Positions 46,670-60,900 of a DNA stretch of 64,000 nt are shown here, in pieces. Under the pieces are notes generated by a model. That model did not search any database. It saw only the letters and a program-made list of their open reading frames with translations, and was not told where the DNA came from. The stretch lies in contig NW_025767172.1 in assembly GCF_003918875.1 (NCBI RefSeq), positions 124,001 to 188,000 on the forward strand, read 5' to 3'. The translations under genes were made by a program, and so were the position numbers. How positions within the stretch are numbered: position 1 is the first letter of the stretch; the number at the start of each line of letters is the position of its first letter. Source of the DNA: Haliotis rubra. Its lineage: Eukaryota.

Positions 46670-47800
46670 TGCTGGGGCCACCAGGCTCTGACTCCAAACT
46701 AGGAATACCAGACAGTATACACCGTGCTGGGGCCACTAGGATCTGACTCTATCCTGAGAACACCAGTGTACACCGTGCTGGGGCCACTAGGATCTGACTC
46801 CATCCTGGGAACACCAGACAGTGTACACCGTGCTGGGGCCACTAGGATCTGACTCCTATCCTGGGAACACCAGTGTACACCGTGCTGGGGCCACTAGGAT
46901 CTGACTCTATCCTGAGAACACCAGACAGTATACACCGTGCTGGGGCCACTAGGTTCTGACTCTATCCTGAGAACACCAGTGTACACCCTGCTGGGGCCAC
47001 TAGGTTCTGACTATATCCTGGGAACACCAGACAGTGTACACCATGCTGGGGCCACTAGGATCTGACTCAATCCTGGGAACACCAGTGTACACCGTGCTGG
47101 GGCCACTAGGATCTGACTCAATCCTGGGAACACCAGACAGTGTACACCGTGCTGGGGCCACTTGGATCTGACTCTATCCTGAGAACACCAGACAGTGTAC
47201 ACCGTGCTGGGTCCACTAGGATCTAACTCAATCCTGGGAACACCAGACAGTGTACACCGTGCTGGGGCCACTATGCTCTGACTCCATCCTGAAAACACCA
47301 GATAGTGTACACCATGCTGGGGCCACTATGCTCTGACTCCATCCAGAAAACATGAGATAGTGTACACCGTGCTGTGTCCACTAGGATCTGACTCTATCCT
47401 GAGCACACCAGACAGTGTACACCGTGCTGGGGTCACTAGGTTCTGACTCTAGCCTGAGGACACCAGACAGTGTACACCATGCCGGGGCCACTAGGCCCTG
47501 ACACCATCCTGGGAACACCAGACAGTGTACACTGTGCTGGGTCCACCAGGCTCAGGCTCTGACTCCATGCTGGTAACACCAGACAGTGTACAACGTGCTG
47601 GGTCCATTAGGCTCTGACTCCATCCTGGGAACACCAGACAGTGTATACCACAGCTGGGTCCACTAGGCTCTGACTCCATGCTGGGAACACCAGACAGTGT
47701 ATACCATGCTGGGGCCACTAGGCTCTGATTCAATCCTGTGAACACCAGTGTACACCGTGCTGGGTCATGTAGGCTCATGTAGGAACACCATGCAGTGTAC
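46670..47800. repeat. Minisatellite, 51/55-bp unit
   Basis: ccagacagtgtacaccgtgctggggccactaggatctgactctatcctgggaaca. Confidence 0.95.
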
Positions 47801-48944
47801 ACCATGACAGACATTCTTGTACATACAAACATAACTCTGATTAACAATAATAATCTTGCCAGGAATCAAAATGTAACCATGACCTAACAGTGATAATATC
47901 TTTATGTGGAAAATCAGTTTATGAATAGCTCAAGCCAATTTCGTTGCAGATTCATTGAAAAAAAGAAAAGCATGATCTTAAGTACATTAACAAACCGAGG
48001 ACCTCCTCGTGACATTTACTTAGGACTTAAAAAGTATAATACGTTATATATATTTCCAGACATATTTAAAGGAGAAACCATTTGATATTTAGGGATTGGG
48101 GCTGGAACAAACAAGTAATTTTTTATTCACGGCCAAACTGAGGTGGAGCAAAACTTTCCTTCAAGTTCAGTGCATGATTAGTAATTGTTTTATATTTATT
48201 TTCTTGGTGAATAGTTGCATCCCACACCCAATATCCGTAAAACATCAAATGGTTCATCACTCACTAAAAGCTGTTTTCGTGTGTGTCAACATTAAGCTTT
48301 AACCCTTGAAATACTTTGATTTGCTTGTACGTGAAGTGCACAATATAAATTTCATGAAATGAAAATGAGTTACAAATGCATCTTGAAAGTTTCAGTATGT
48401 TTAAAATACCAGACACTTAAAAGAAAAACATTCAAGAAACAAAACATATTCCATAATGTTCAACAAAGTGCACAAACAATCATCACAATTCTTTGACGGA
48501 TGGTATTTTTATTGTTCATGATTCCAAAGGAACATATCAGAGGGAAAACCTGATTATTGTTTGGTGAAAGCGCCACATTTTGGGGACAACACCCAATCCA
48601 TCCCCCATTGTGGCTTCAGGACCAAAATGATCACTCTCCTGCAACCTTCAATCGCAGACTTGAGCACAACACCAGCTGAGATTCACCTCAGCATAATTAA
48701 AATCACACATGATTATCCATGATCGGCACCAATGGAAGAAATCAAACAAAGGTGCCTTGGAAGTCAGTCTTCCCTCACTCCTGAAATCACTTTTATATAT
48801 ATATTCCTACATACACATAGATTTATTTATTTCAAGCAATCAACAAAGCACTTGTACCTTGTGTCAGCTGCATGCAACATGGAATGACAGCTGGGGTACA
48901 TTTCAAGACAGCCTGTGAACACACCATAGTCATGATAATCAAAC

Positions 48945-51900
48945 TCAGTGCCTTCGCCTATTTCTTTCACGATCACGGTCCCTACCAACATCTTTATCAA
49001 CCTCGCGATCACTCCGATCGCGATCTGATGTTCGTTGTTTATGTTTCAACTTGAGCCCATCCCCCTGTCCATCAAAGCGTCCGTCATTCTGTCTGTCTCG
49101 GCGCATTTCATTAACAGGTGACCTAAGTTTTTTATTATTTCTACGGTCTGTCCTTTCGTCAAACTGATTGTCCAGCCGATGATTTCGATCGATAGGTTCT
49201 CGATTTCTATCGCGTCTGTTTTCAGTCTCACGTCTAGTGTCTGACACTCGATTATCACGAGTCCGTCTATCCCAGGAATCAGTGTACATTTCGTCATCAC
49301 GCACTTGTCGGTAATTGTCAGTTCGGAGTCTTCCCTTCTCGGTTTTTCGTAGTCCATGTCTTCTTCCTCCTGTTCATTTCTTCTCTTCTTCTTCTTGTTC
49401 TCTCTATTGCTGTGATGACTGTAGTCTCCGTTGGCATATTCTCGTCTGTGTCTTCTGCTGTCCTGGTCGGAGTTTTCCTCTTTGCTGCTGTGCTTGGTCT
49501 TGGCTGCTGGCTTGCTTTTCTTCTTCTTCCTTGTCTCTGTCTCTGAGCCTGAGTCTGATGAGCTGCTGTCAGAGTCTAAAACAGATGGAAACATTGTTCA
49601 GATATCTGGCTTGAACATAAAGACAGTTGCCATAAGTCCTGAAGTAAAGCTCCATATTAACAAGCTAGAGAAGCCTTCCAACCAAGTTATGTAAAAATAA
49701 TCATAGACCAAATTCATTCAAGAAACCTCCCAACAAAAGGGTTCATGCACTATGAAGCCCCAACATCTTCACATGTGATGATCACCGGCCTATACTGCTG
49801 CATTACCCCCACCATCTACACCTGGGATGATCACCAGCCTATACATCTGCATTACCCCCACCATCTACACATGGGATGATCACCAACCTATACAGCTGCA
49901 TTACCCCCACCATCTACACATGTGATGATCACCAGCCTATACTGCTACATTACCCCCACCATCTACACCTGTGATGATCACCAGCCTATCCTGCTACATT
50001 ACCCCTACCATCTACACCTGTGATGATCACCAGCCTATACTGCTACATTACCCCCACCATCTACACCTGTGATGATCACCATGCCTATCCTGCACCATCT
50101 ACACTGGTGATGATTAGCCTATCCTGCTACATTACCCCCACCATTACCTGTGATGATCACCATCTACACCATTACCCCACCATCACCTGTGATGATCACC
50201 AGCCTATCCTGCTGCATTACCCTGCTATCTGCATTACCCCACCATCTACACCTGTGATGATCACCAGCCTATCCTGCTACATTACCCCCACCATCTACAC
50301 CTGTGATGATCATCAGCCTATCCTGCTGCATTACCCCACCATCTACACCTGTGAGTGATGATCACCAGCCTATCCTGCTGCATTGCCCCACCACACCTGT
50401 GATGATCACCAGCCTATCACTGCTGACATTACCCCCACCATCTACACCTGTGATGATCACCAGCCTATCCTGCTACATTACCCCACCACCATCTACACCT
50501 GTGATGATCACCAGCCTATACTGCTGCATTACTGCCCCACCATCTACACCTGTGATGATCACCAGCCTATCCTGCTACATTACCCCACCATCTACACCTG
50601 TGATGATCACCAGCCCCACCATCTACACCTATCCTGCTACATTACCCCCACCATCTACACCTGTGATGATCACCATGCCTATCCTGCTACATTACCCCCA
50701 CCATCTACACCTGTGATGATCATTACCCACACCATCTACACCTGCTGCATTGCTGCATTACCCCACCATCTACACATGTGATGATCACCAGCCTATACTG
50801 CTACATTACCCCCACCATCTACACCTGTGATGATCACCAGCCTATCCTGCTGCATTACCCCCACCATCTACACCTGTGATGATCACCAGCCTATCCTGCT
50901 GCATTACCCCCACCATCTACACCTGTGATGATCACCAGCCTATCCTGCTACATTACCACCCACACATCTGACACCTCCTGATGATACACCAGATCACCAG
51001 CCTATCCTGCTACATTACCCCACCATCTACACCTGTGATGATCACCAGCCTATCCTGCTACATTACCCCTACCATCTACACCTGTGATGATCACTAGTCT
51101 ATACTGCTGCATTACCCCCACCATCTACACATGTGATGATCACCAGCCTATACTGCTACATTACCCCCACCATCTACACCTGTGATCAACACCAGCCTAT
51201 CCTGCTGCATTACCCCCACCATCTACACCTGTGATCAACACCAGCCTATCCTGCTGCATTACCTGAGTCAGAGCTGTTGCTGGAGGAGGAGCTGTCACTA
51301 TCGGAGCTGTCACTATCTGATGAGTCCGATGAAGACTCAGATTCCTGCTGCTGTTGCTGTTGTTGCTGCTGCATCAGCTGTTTGGTCATTGTCTTCAGGT
51401 GGTCACGAAGATCATCCCTGTGATGAGGATGTTGTTGGAATTACATTGTCAATTCATATACACTTCCTGACAGGGCAGATATTTACTAAAATAGCCTGTC
51501 CTCTACAATTCTTAAAGAAAATAATTTTCTCAAAAGAGAATGACATATTATAGTGTGGCAACACACATGACTAATTTCAAATGTAATTGATAAAGTACTA
51601 TCAGTCTCCAATTTAAAGCATGTGTAAATGACTGAATTAAAATATGTCATTAGTGGTAAATAGGAAGTTTTAGTCAATTTACACTTACGTTAGTCCTCCA
51701 AGACCGATTGTTGTAAAAAAGTTTATAGCAAAACGCGTATTCTTGGGATTATCCCGCGGCATGATTCCTTCAAAATATTCTTGAAGTGTTCTGAAACCAG
51801 AAACAAACATATGATGACGAGACTGCTGACAAATAACATCAAACATTACATTGGCCATTCATTCATCAGTCTTTCATGAAGCCTTCCACAAACCACCATG

Positions 51901-54900
51901 AAACCCTGCATCAAACCACCATGAATCCATGCATAAAACCACCATGAATCCATGCATCCAACCACCATGAATCCATGGACCACCATGAAGCCCTGCCCTC
52001 ACACCATAGTGAATCCCTGCATCAAACCACCATAAATCCATGGATCAAACCACCATAAATCCATGGATCAAACCACCATAAATCCATGGATCAAACCACC
52101 ATGAATCCATGGATCAAACCACCATAAATCCATGGATCAAACCACCATGAATCCATGCATCCAACCACCATGAATCCATGCATCCAACCACCATGAAGCC
52201 CTGCCCTCACACCAAAGTGAATCCCTGCATCAAACCACCATAAATCCATGGATCAAACCACCATAAATCCATGGATCAAACCACCATGAATCCATGGATC
52301 AAACCACCATGAATCCATGGATCAAACCACCATAAATCCATGGATCAAACCACCATGAATCCATGGATCAAACCACCATGAATCCATGCATCCAACCACC
52401 ATGAAGCCCTGCCCTCACACCATAGTGAATCCCTGCATCAAACCACCATAAATCCATGGATCAAACCACCATAAATCCATGGATCAAACCACCATGAATC
52501 CATGCATCCAACCACCATGAATCCATGCATCCAACCACCATGAAGCCCTGCCCTCACACCATAGTGAATCCCTGCATCAAACCACCATAAATCCATGGAT
52601 CAAACCACCATAAATCCATGGATCAAACCACCATGAATCCATGCATCCAACCACCATGAAGCCCTGCCCTCACACCATAGTGAATCCCTGCATCAAATCA
52701 ACAAGAAACCATGCCCTCAAAACATAGTGAAAGCCTACCCTCAAACCAACATAAAATCCTGCCTTCAAACCACCATAAAACCCTGCCCTCAAACCACAGT
52801 GAATCCCTGCCTCAAACCACCATGAACCCAGTCCTCATACCATAGTGAAGTCCTGCCTCAAAACCCATAGGGAGTGAGCGAGTTAAAGATTTTAAGTCAC
52901 ATCGGCAATATTTCAGTCCTATCATGACCAAAACCCATAGGAACAATGAAACACTGCTCCTTTTTTATGTCATTCCTGTTTTTTATCAGCAGGGCTACTA
53001 CAAATAGTAAAACGTCTCCCAGTAACAAAACAATATCAGGAATCAAACCTCGATCATTCATGTGTGCTTATCCAACTGCCTCACTTTAGGTAGGAAAGAA
53101 GGTCTCTTTAATCCCACAAGCTTTTATTGTTACTGAGTCAGCTTCAGACAATGTAACTTCCAGATCAAAGAGTTGAGAAATTCTCATTTCTCTACCAGCA
53201 CAAAAAGAAGCCATCAATACAACAAAGTCAACTAAAATCATGACATGAGTGATGAAATACACTAATTTACTTACGGGTCTTTGAGACGATCATTGAGCTT
53301 TGGCAAACCCATGTATTCGGATAATTCCTGGAACAAGATCTTGATGAAGATCCTACTGGCTGATGTCGTGTCCTCCTCATTCAGCTTCACACACACCAAC
53401 ACCTACACAGAAATGCTCATGGTCAATCTGATCAGCCTTAACTCCAGACATAACAAACATCATGTGACCTCTGTTTGCTACGACTGAATGAGGTTACTTG
53501 TCATGACAGAACCCAATAGTGAGTGAGTGAGTTTAGTTTTACACCACACTCAGCAATATTCCAGCTATGTAGCAGCAGTCTGTAAATAATCAAGTCTTGA
53601 CCAGACAATCCAGTGATCAACTGCATGAGCATCAATCTACGCAGTTGGGATACGATAACGTGTCAACCAAGTCAGTGAGTCTGACCACTCGATCCCATTA
53701 GTGGCCTCTTACAAGGACGGGATGTTGAAGATCAATTCTTACCTGGATCTTCACGGGTTGTAAAACCCAATAACACAGGTATGGTGCTAACAAACCAAGA
53801 CTCGTAATCGTGTTGAACTGGATTCAAAGTTATGTTCAAGCATGTTCGTACTGTCTGTTGAAAGAAGAACTGTCTGCCAATCTGTCTAAACCCATAACAT
53901 ACACAAAACATAATGTTCCACCTTGAAGTAAGTGAATGAGCAAGTTTAGTTTTACGCTGCACTGAGCATATTGCAGCTATATGGCAACGGCCTGTAAATA
54001 ATCCAGTCTGGACCATACAATCCAGTGATCAACATCATGAGCATCAATCTATGCAATTGGGATTTGAGGACTGACCACCCTATCCCCTTAGCTGCCTCTT
54101 ACGACAAGCGTTGGTTAATGAAGATCAATTTTGACCCAGATCTTCACGGGATGTTCCACCTTAAAAGGTAAGTCTTCAATGAATGATTTTTTTCCATTTA
54201 AGAAAGATACGATGACTAATCAAGCATATAGATTACCACAGAGGTTAAACTGCAAATGTCTACAGTATGTTAATATTTAAAGTTTTTCAACATAGATATT
54301 ACCACACATCTAACAAAACATTGTTTAAGAACAAAGGCAGGATATGACAACTCACCCCCCAGCTGATGGCATCACTGTAGAGAAGATGACCGAAGAATTT
54401 AGCAACGTTCCTCAGTTTGTTTGTCTCCAGTCTGTGAATGGTCTCATACTGTTCTATGAAAGTGGTCTGGAATGGCTCCACGTACTTCTTGTCCAGTTGA
54501 CAGAAACGCTGAGAGAATCATAGAGGTGTCAATGTCTTATTTTCACAGAGAATCATGTCCTTAAATCAGAGGATAATTTATGTTATTGTAACATCATTTA
54601 ATAAAGAACTGTAGCAGTAAAACATGAACTAAATAAATTTCAGACCTATCAAGGTCTATCAGCTAAATATGTGAGGAAAGCCTGCAGGCGATTCGAATGA
54701 ATGAGTCAGTGAGTGAGTTTAGTTTTACTCCGTACTCAGCAATATTCCACCTATATGGTGGCGGTCTGTAAATAATCGTGTCACGACCGGACAATCCAGT
54801 GATCAACAGCATGAGCATCAATCTGCTCAATTGGGAACAGATGACGTATGTCAACCAAGTCAGCGAACCTGACCACCCAATCCCATAGTCGCCTCTTACG

Positions 54901-57900
54901 ACAAGCATGGGTTACTGAAGAACAATTCTATCTCGGACCTTCACAGGTATTCAAATGAATGAGATTACTGGAATACTTGTGGTCTTAACAGTGATGACAA
55001 TAGCCCTTACATGCTGGCAAAATGAGCTTTGGCAGATACAAAGTGTGATTAAGTTTTGTTTAATGTTGCATTTACCAATATTCAAGCAATAGAGAATGGC
55101 AGAAATGGGCTTCCCACACTGTATAAGTCTGATAAAAAATGGGCTTCCACCTTGAAAAGCGCACTTTAACCACTATGCTGTTCCATGCCACGGAAACAAA
55201 GAAGCATTCAATGGCAATCTCATCTGTGACGGTATACACCATTTATACCAATAAATGAAGTATACACTTTTCATTTACACCTAGCAATCTGATGAACTCC
55301 AAATCTGTGGGGAACTTGTAAAATGCAATAACAATACCTGTGCTAGCAGACCAAAGAACTTTTCATATGTTCTCAGCTGGGCGCAGCAATCGAGAATCAT
55401 GTTGCACAGTTCCACCTGATGAAGGAGACATACATTAGAAAGGAGAATTTCATTTCATACAGGAAACAGCCAAATTATTATCAGGAATCTGTGAAAAAGG
55501 AAAATATAAACATTTAGTGCTTTGTTACTTGCACTAGTGCAACCCAATATTACACAGTGCAACCTAGTTATTAGTCTAATTTGCACCAGGTGCAAGTCAA
55601 TTTTTGAGAAATAAATCTACAATAAATCTAACATTATAAGCATAAATATGTCAGCTCATTTTTCTTCTAAACTTTGAATAGTTATGGCACCGAAACAATG
55701 CTATTTATAGACACATGTCGGCTATGACAGCTTTTGTAAACAGGGTTCATCTGTGTCTCTGTGTTGCTATGGTTTCATGGGTACTACATCATGGAAATAT
55801 GTTTATGTGCACTGAAACCTCTGATGTTTTAACACACTATGTTTAATAGTTCATGTTATCTGAAGGACCACAGTGATGCTGGCCCTACAAAGTTTAGCAT
55901 CAATGTGAGGTGAGGTGAGGTGAAATTGGGTTTAACGTCGTGCTTGAGAATATTTCGCTCATATGATGAAGTGCATGCGTGTGTATGGGTATGTGCGGCT
56001 GCTTGTACTAGCCCAGATTTAAGCTGGTTTTATAGTGCTAGCCCACTGAGATACCATGCCGCAGTGAAGCATGAATACCCCACTCAGACATATTATACTG
56101 ATTCCGAGCCGACCAGTCCTTGTTGTACCCATTATTGCCGAGAGCCAGGCAGGGACCAACAAGTACCATATTTTAACGTCTTTTGGTATCGGTCGGGATT
56201 GAACCCGGGACCTTCCTCTCTCCGAGCGAATGCTCTAACCACTACACCACGGAGGCGGTTTGCATCAATGTGAGGGGCAAGGAAATGGGTACAGTGCTGA
56301 TGAATCATCGCCAGGACAATTTTGGATTAAATGGATTCTGGGACACCCTGGAATGCAAGTCAGCACAGCAAATTGCAGAATTTTAGAGGACTGAGTTACC
56401 AGTGTCACAAGCACAAGAAACAAACTTGTCCTGGCATTCTTTGTTACCACCAGGAGACGATTGCTTCTTGTGCTGTTTTGCCAACATGTGAAACTTTTTT
56501 TAAAATACCACCGATATAGCCACGAAATAACTCATAGTGGCAAATTGGGCCAGACATTGATACTACGAGTATACTCGTGGTGGCAGTCAAAGTGTTAACT
56601 ACCAGTAGCTGGAATGGAACTATACACAGTTCCAAAAGGAACGCAACTCGTCCAATATGTGATGTAATGGTGAATAAAGTGATTGATGTTTGCTTCTGAA
56701 AATGTGCAAAAAATGCAGTGTGGGTCCTTAAACTGAACACTCAAATTATCTTTATTTATAACCAGGCATGTTGTTTGATAATGTCAGTAACACATCATGA
56801 AACTCTGCCATTTGGTAACGTCACGAGTCATGGAAAATGAAATTTCAGAATCGAGTATGGTCTACATTAGCAGCCATGTCTGTGTCATCAGAACACACAA
56901 CTGATGAGAGGGTCATTTCCTGTAATTTCAAACATTTGTAATGGTTGCATTTCTTTTGGACTTCAGTATATTTACTTCTTGTCCTGGCTTCATCTCCATA
57001 CGGAGCAGCTTGTGGGCACACTCCTCAAAGTCCAGACTTGACTGGATGGTCAGGTAGATTGTCCGGCGCAAGGCCACCAGGTTGGTCTCAGTGTTGTCAA
57101 TGATTATCTGTTTGGCTTCCTCATCTAGAAACAGTGACATCTTTACATTGTTTTTCAAATCTTTTGGTGTTGCATTTTCATAGACTTTGTGTTAAAAAGA
57201 CTCTTTATAATGTGTTTCAAAATTCTTTACACTATAATTGTGTGTTACCAAACTCTTTACATTGTATTCATAAAATCATTACATTATGTCTCTAACATTT
57301 TTGTTACCAAACTCTTTACGTGTTTCCAAACTCTTAGCTGTCTTTCAAAACTCTTTACAGTGTCTTTCAAAACTTTTTACACTGCCCTTCAGTGTTGTGT
57401 TTCAATAATTGTGTGTTACCAAACTCTTTACATTGTATTCATAAAATCATTACATTATGTCTCTAACATATTTGTTACCAAACTCTTTACAATGTGTTTC
57501 CAAACTCTTAGCTGTCTTTCAAAACTTGTTACACTGCCCTTCAATGTTGTGTTTCAATAATTGTGTGTTACCAAACTCTTAACATTGTATTCATAAAATC
57601 GTTACATTATGTCTCTAACATATTTGTTACCAAACTCTTTACAATGAGTTTTCATTATTTCAAGCTCCTACCCTTGGATTTTAAGATGCAATGTGTTACT
57701 GTAGAAGGGTGTTGTGTCTTTCAACAGATGACATCCTTACCATGTCTGCTCAACCTCTTTGGTCAAATGGACAATGACTCTGACCTCGGATCATAAGGTC
57801 CGTGGTTCCAATTCCATTTTAATTGTAAAGCATTTGCACAAGTTATTTCCATACCCCACATCAATCCCAATACATCAATATCATAAAGATTCATAAGAAC

Positions 57901-60900
57901 ATTGTCTTTTATATTCACAAACACAAATTCAAAGTTCAGAAGATGACAAGGAGGTCAGGCCTGGAAATGGACATGAAAGCTCTGATGCATGAAATACACA
58001 ATGCCATTTTAGAAAGTGGTCAAATGTAACATATGATATATTTGGGATTACACTTTCTCTATAAAGTACAGATTCTAGTACTTTTGGTTGAGTCCCATCC
58101 GGTATTAGCTTTCGGACGTGGGAGCCATGCCAATTAACACTTATCAGAGGGGTACACAAAGTCCGCAGTCTAGACTACCAGTTGTCCGACTTCCATTTTT
58201 TGTGGAAGACACGGTGGCTGAGCGGTCTAGGCGTCTGACTTTGTGTGCTGGCGATTAGGTGCCTCTCTCTGAGGGTGTGGGTTCGAATCCCGGATGGGAC
58301 TCAACCCCTAAAAAGTACTAGAATCTGTACTTGACTGAGAAAGTGTAATCCCAAATATAACATATGTTATATTTCTGATGCAATTACTTAACTACCAAGC
58401 CAACATATCCACTTGACATTGTACAAACCTTCCTCATCTTCATCACTGTCTTCCTCGCTGCTGGACCCCGATCCGCTCTCCCCTTCATCAGAGCTGCACT
58501 CTTCTAGAATCTCTGCAAGGAGTGAGTGAGTGAGTGAGGTTAGTTTTACACAGCTTTTAACAATATTCCAGCAATATTACGGAGAGGTACCAGATTATTG
58601 TGTTTTAAGTTATCAAAAATAGAGTGTAAATGTCAAAGGAGATGTTTTACGTCACAGTCTGTAGTAATCCAGCCATATCAAGTTGGCTGCAAATAATCAG
58701 TCATTCAATCCGTTGATCGACTGCATGACAACCAACCACACTGTCGGAGCACAATGACATCCAATCAACCAGGTCAAACATTGTAACCACTCAATCCTCA
58801 TCTAACAGACCTGGTGTCTGCAAGACTTCCCAGTATAATGTTTGGAAGGGTTGGCCATCTAGAAACTCAATACATTCCATACATGCAAAACAACCATTTG
58901 ATCCTTTCCCTTGTATAACACTGGACGCAGATTCTAACTGCTGCCATGAGAGCTATGCATGTGCATCAGTACATTAGTTCAATCTCCACACCTCTCTTGA
59001 GAGACTTGTACTTGTCTTCATTTTCCAAATAGTCTGGATCAGCTCGAAACACATCTGAAACATACACAAAGATGTTATGAGTTCATTAGTACATGACCAT
59101 CATGCATTGCTGCACCTGTTCATACATGCATACATTCCCATAGCACACCGAAACAGAAGGAACTTTGGGGAAAGTGAGTGAGTGAGTTGGGTTTACGCCA
59201 CTTTTTGTAACATTCCAGCAATATCACGGCGGGGTACACCAGAAATGGGCTTCACACATTGTACCCATGTGGGGAATTGAACCCCGGTCTTCGTCGTGAT
59301 GAGCGAACACTTTAACCATAAGGCTTAACCATACACAAAGATAGTGCCACATAACACTTTAAATGATGTATGATAATCTTTCATGACCAATGTTTAGAGC
59401 AACCAGTTGCCTTTGCTCCAGACATGGAGAACGGTTCTTGTCAGTCCAGATATTGGCATTAGGTTACCAAGTTACTGCATAGAATAGACAATTATTTCTT
59501 ATTTGGTGTCTCAAATTCTTTATGCAACAGATATCACAGGTCATTACAAAAAATTCATAAACACGAGTAAATAGTTACTGGTACAAGTCCAATACACATT
59601 CACTCACTGTGGCCATATAATCCCCAATAAAGCGCCTGTAATGCTTACCCACTAAGGCCCTATAATCTCCTGTCAAGACTGAGTCATATTTAACTAGAGG
59701 GCTGTCTAATCCCCAATCAGTTCTGATCACACTAAGGCTATCTCATCTACAGTCAGGTTCAAATCATATTTGGCCACTGAGGATGTCTACTCGAAAAACA
59801 AGTGTGAATAATACTGAGGCTATCTAATCCTCAATCAGTTCTAATCATACTGAGGATATCTAATCCCAAACAAGTTTGAATCATTCTGAGGATATCTAAT
59901 CCCCAATGAAGGTCTAATCATACTTAGCCGCAGAGGCTATCTAATCCTCAATCAGTTCTAATCATATGGAGGTTATCTAATCCCCAAGCAAGTTCTAATC
60001 ATACTGAGGATATCTAATCCCCAATCAAGGTCTAATCACATGTATTGAGGCCATTGAAGCTATCTGATTCTCAACTAAGTTGTATTTCCACTCAGACATT
60101 AGGAACACCTGATACTTGGGAACTACTAGCAATTAGTTTGTACTCTTTTCCTTGTAAATCTGTATGAAAGTGTGAGTGGAGGACTACAAATAATTACTCA
60201 GGAGGTCCTCTGACTGCACAGCATCTTCCAGGGTGATGAGATGTGTGAACTGATCCACCTCTTCCACAAGGTCAAGGTCATCAACAACGGCAACATGATC
60301 CTAGAAGTCAAACATGGTTCGTGTGTAGTATCCAAAAACAAAAGTGGGGTAGGTGCCCAGAGATATTTGGGGATTGTTCGAACAGTATGTGGATCTAAGG
60401 ACATCCTGAATCTTCAACGAAATCAGGCCAACAACAAAGTCGCTTTGACTTTTAAAATAATAATCAAGATATAACAAGAAACCACATAGTCCATGATCTT
60501 GATAATAAGCTCTTGAACTGAATGTCCAGAAGTCATTGATATAAGCTTTTGAACTGTGAGTGATTGAGTTTGGTTTTACACCGCTTTCAGCACATTTCCA
60601 GCAATATCATAGCAGGGGACACCAGAAATGGGCTTTACACATTGTACCCATGCGGGGAATCAAACCCAGGTCTATAGCATGATAGGCGGATGCTTTAACC
60701 CATGTATGTCAAGAATTCAGTAAAACAATTTGTCACTTTCACAATAAAATAAACCCATACCTTGAAGCCGTCTTTCCGGATAGCAAACATCACCTCCACC
60801 ATGTACTGGACCCGAGTGTCAATCATGCCTTCATGCAAAATGTTACGCAGGCGCTCAAATATTGCTGAAATGACAAAGCGTGTTCACCTAGTATTTTCAC

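Noticed and set aside
50020-51553. Pro/Thr-rich plus-strand ORFs
   Set aside because: Minisatellite translations or the antisense of a CWC22 exon.
58208-58285. Functional tRNA-Leu gene
   Set aside because: No acceptor-stem pairing or clear anticodon arm; part of a repeat element.
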